Source of the DNA: Balanoglossus misakiensis
Lineage: Eukaryota; Animalia; Hemichordata
DNA length: 64,000 bases
Assembly: GCA_040954595.2 (NCBI GenBank)
Contig: CM082582.2
Location: 124,001-188,000, forward strand
Direction of reading: 5' to 3'
Part shown: piece by piece, positions 61,533 to 64,000 of the stretch
Layout: every line of letters starts with the position of its first letter
Position numbering within the stretch: position 1 is the first letter of the stretch
Program-made: the position numbers and the translations under genes
The notes under the pieces: generated by a model
The model's database searches: none
Seen by the model: only the letters and a program-made list of their open reading frames with translations
What the model was told of the DNA's origin: nothing

Positions 61533-64000
61533 CTTGTGACTTACATGTAACACATGTTTGCCCAGTGTAGCAGGTTGGACAGTTGCAGGTGTAGATTGAG
61601 CAGGAGCCTTGAAGTGGCTGATACACTCCGTTATTCAGACATGGGTTTAGAAGACACTGGTTGATCGCTAAGGGTGAGAGAAATGAAAAGTATCACATTA
61701 GGGTCTTACACACTTGAGTGGGAAGTGAAATCTGTAGCAGACTGTCAGAAGATTGCACATCCGTGTGATCATGTTCATGTGTGAAGGATAATAAAGACCA
61801 CTTTATCCAAGCTTGGTGCTACCATCTCTATCATAATTACAGCATCTTATAATATTTACTAGTTGGGGGTGGGTGGGGTGGGGGTGGGGGTAGTTGATGT
61901 CATAACTTTCTGATGTTTCAATTTACGGTTGGAAAAATAGCAACATCTACGCTGATGAGCATTTGAGTCAATGAAAGTATTCATCATGGCTACCGTAGTG
62001 CATATAAGTCTCTTGGTTAGCTGCACAATCACAGGCAACTTTATTGAGACAATATCAATGACAAAGCCCAGCGATTTCTACTTTGTGCGGCAAATCTGAC
62101 ACTGGTTTGCTTACGTTCAGCGCACGTGGTTCCGATGAAACAGCGCGGACTCTGGCATCTGAACTCGGTGCAGGACACTTGCTGGCAGAATCCACTGTTT
62201 AGACAAGGGTTGGGCTGACACGGATTCAAATCTGTGCACAGAAGAGAAAGTGATATAAATTGTGTACAGTTAACATTTACTACATATACTTTAAACAGAT
62301 TTGTGCAGTCAGGGTTGAGTGGTAAAAATCTCAGTTGGTCAACAGAACATCACTGTGAAAAATTTCTTCCATGTTCAACAAAAGAAACGTAATGAAATTT
62401 TGACACAGGTGTAATAGTGTCTTAGTGTACCATACGGTGCAGGTTGTTGTTTGGTCAAATACACAATCCCCTTTTATGGCACACACATTCTTAATAAATT
62501 TCCCCAAAATTGTGTCGTTATTCACTGTTTGATACAGGTTGGAAGAAACCAACTGCAAGCCGATTATGTGTTATGTTATTATGTTCCTCTTCATCTGAAA
62601 TTTAAAATCACTCACATGTCTGACATAAATCGCCGGAGTAACAGCTTGTACAGGAGCATGTGAATTCAGTACACCAATTGGGCGTCAGCACACAGTTTCC
62701 ACCATTCCGACACTGGATGGGTTGACACTGGTTGACAGCTGTGGGATGTGCAGTCAAGATATTGTCAAAATTACAGAATCTACAAACTACACTCCACAGT
62801 CATGTACATGTATACATGACAACAACCAAAGGGCTGTTTTGAAAAACCAAATGCTGTGAATCCTTTAGAGAGTGACAAGAAACCACAGTTGCAACCGAAA
62901 ACAAAAATAGTGATAACATTAAGCTAGCCCAAAGTTTGAGTTACCAGGGCTTTAATATGTGTACCGTACTTATATTATATAATACATAACAAGTGTTTTG
63001 CATTGAATAAAATAATATTGGTTTGTACTTACGCATTGTACATGTGGCACCAGTGAAGCATTCGGTACACATACAGTCAAACAGGAAACAGCCGTCTCAC
63101 GCAACGCATGTGCCACCATTTTGACAAGGCATAGGGTATAACTGATCAATGGCTGCCAAAACAAAAATGAAAGTATCAATTACCTGCTTGTCAAAAACTT
63201 GTACATGTACTTGTGATGTTCATTTCGTTTAAATATGTGAGCAATGTCTTCATTCCTTGTTTCAAACCTTTACATTTAAAATAACATAATGATGCTATTG
63301 CTAGGATTTTTCTGTAAGAATCTTGAAAAATTAAAAAAATGTGCCATCAACATGATACAGAAGGCTTTCCTTTTTAACATGCACCTCACACTCAATTTTG
63401 ACCCTACATCAGCAAATTTTGAAAGGATGAAACTTAGTAATGCTTCCACCCCATTTATTGGTGTATGGGTCCATCTATCACATTGAGAATACCAAAAATG
63501 AGGGTTTATATACCACGCTGTGTCATAAAACAGTAATTCGACACACCTACAGCACAGATGGCCCCAGTCCAACACTACTGGCAGTAACAGGTGTAGTCAG
63601 TATAAGAATTTGGTGTTTGGGAACAATAGCCTCCATTTTGACACGGATTCTGATCACAAGGGTTAATGACAATCAGAAAAAAAATAGTTTAAAAAACATG
63701 AAATGCAGATGGCTACACCTCAACCAAAGATGATTCCTGCACCACAACAAAATCCTTTGACACAAGCATTATACTGGAACCATACCCAGAACACGCATTA
63801 AGTATATGATGAAGGGACAATGTCTCTATTTTGGGTAATACAGTAAAACCTGTCTTTATGGACACCTCTCTAATCAGAACACCTAGTAAGATTGATTTTT
63901 CAAGCCAAATAGTAAGGATAATTAAGGACGTCTCTTTTACTTAATACTCAGAGGTGTGCACCACCTTAGGAGAGATTACCTCACATGCACAATTATCTCT

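Larger units (their letters stand above)
57852..63669 (-). pseudogene. Multi-EGF pseudogene, copy B (partial)
   Basis: Exons at 63547-63669 (TAG; acceptor mutated to TG), 63033-63152, 62616-62738, 62115-62231, 61545-61667 and 57852-57975 (+1 frameshift). Confidence 0.88.
26328..64000. repeat. Tandem segmental duplication, copy B (interrupted by Helentron nest 27658-50846; runs off window end)
   Basis: Near-identical to 1-1660 and 1661-16459 apart from scattered substitutions and copy-specific indels. Confidence 0.95.

Overview
Animal genomic DNA with GT-AG introns, AT-rich and dense in transposons. The repeat spectrum suggests a marine invertebrate, which is an inference. The window holds two tandem, diverged copies of one unit. 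Copy A runs from 1 to about 26327. Copy B starts at 26328 and runs off the end, with 64000 matching about 16459 of copy A. Each copy carries two minus-strand pseudogenes: a CPxGxxC-repeat (ephrin-receptor-like/GCC2-GCC3) gene and a gene built of one-exon-per-domain 8-cysteine EGF repeats. A structurally intact Mag-like Ty3/Gypsy element lies at 20902-25793, and copy A has its own Kolobok-type, CR1 and MITE insertions. Copy B is split by a 23.2-kb nest of five Helentron/HINE elements (27658-50846). The innermost of these (17.7 kb) encodes an OTU-DUF6570-Rep protein, truncated by a deletion that removed the HUH and helicase parts. It also carries a 207-bp intronic satellite with a 1035-bp higher-order repeat. 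Just downstream of its endonuclease stop is an unexplained ~165-nt five-way-junction fold whose G-U pairs work only on the minus strand. The strongest leads are this candidate structured RNA, the self-targeting Helentron nest and the 8-Cys EGF module. All alignments and folds were done by eye.
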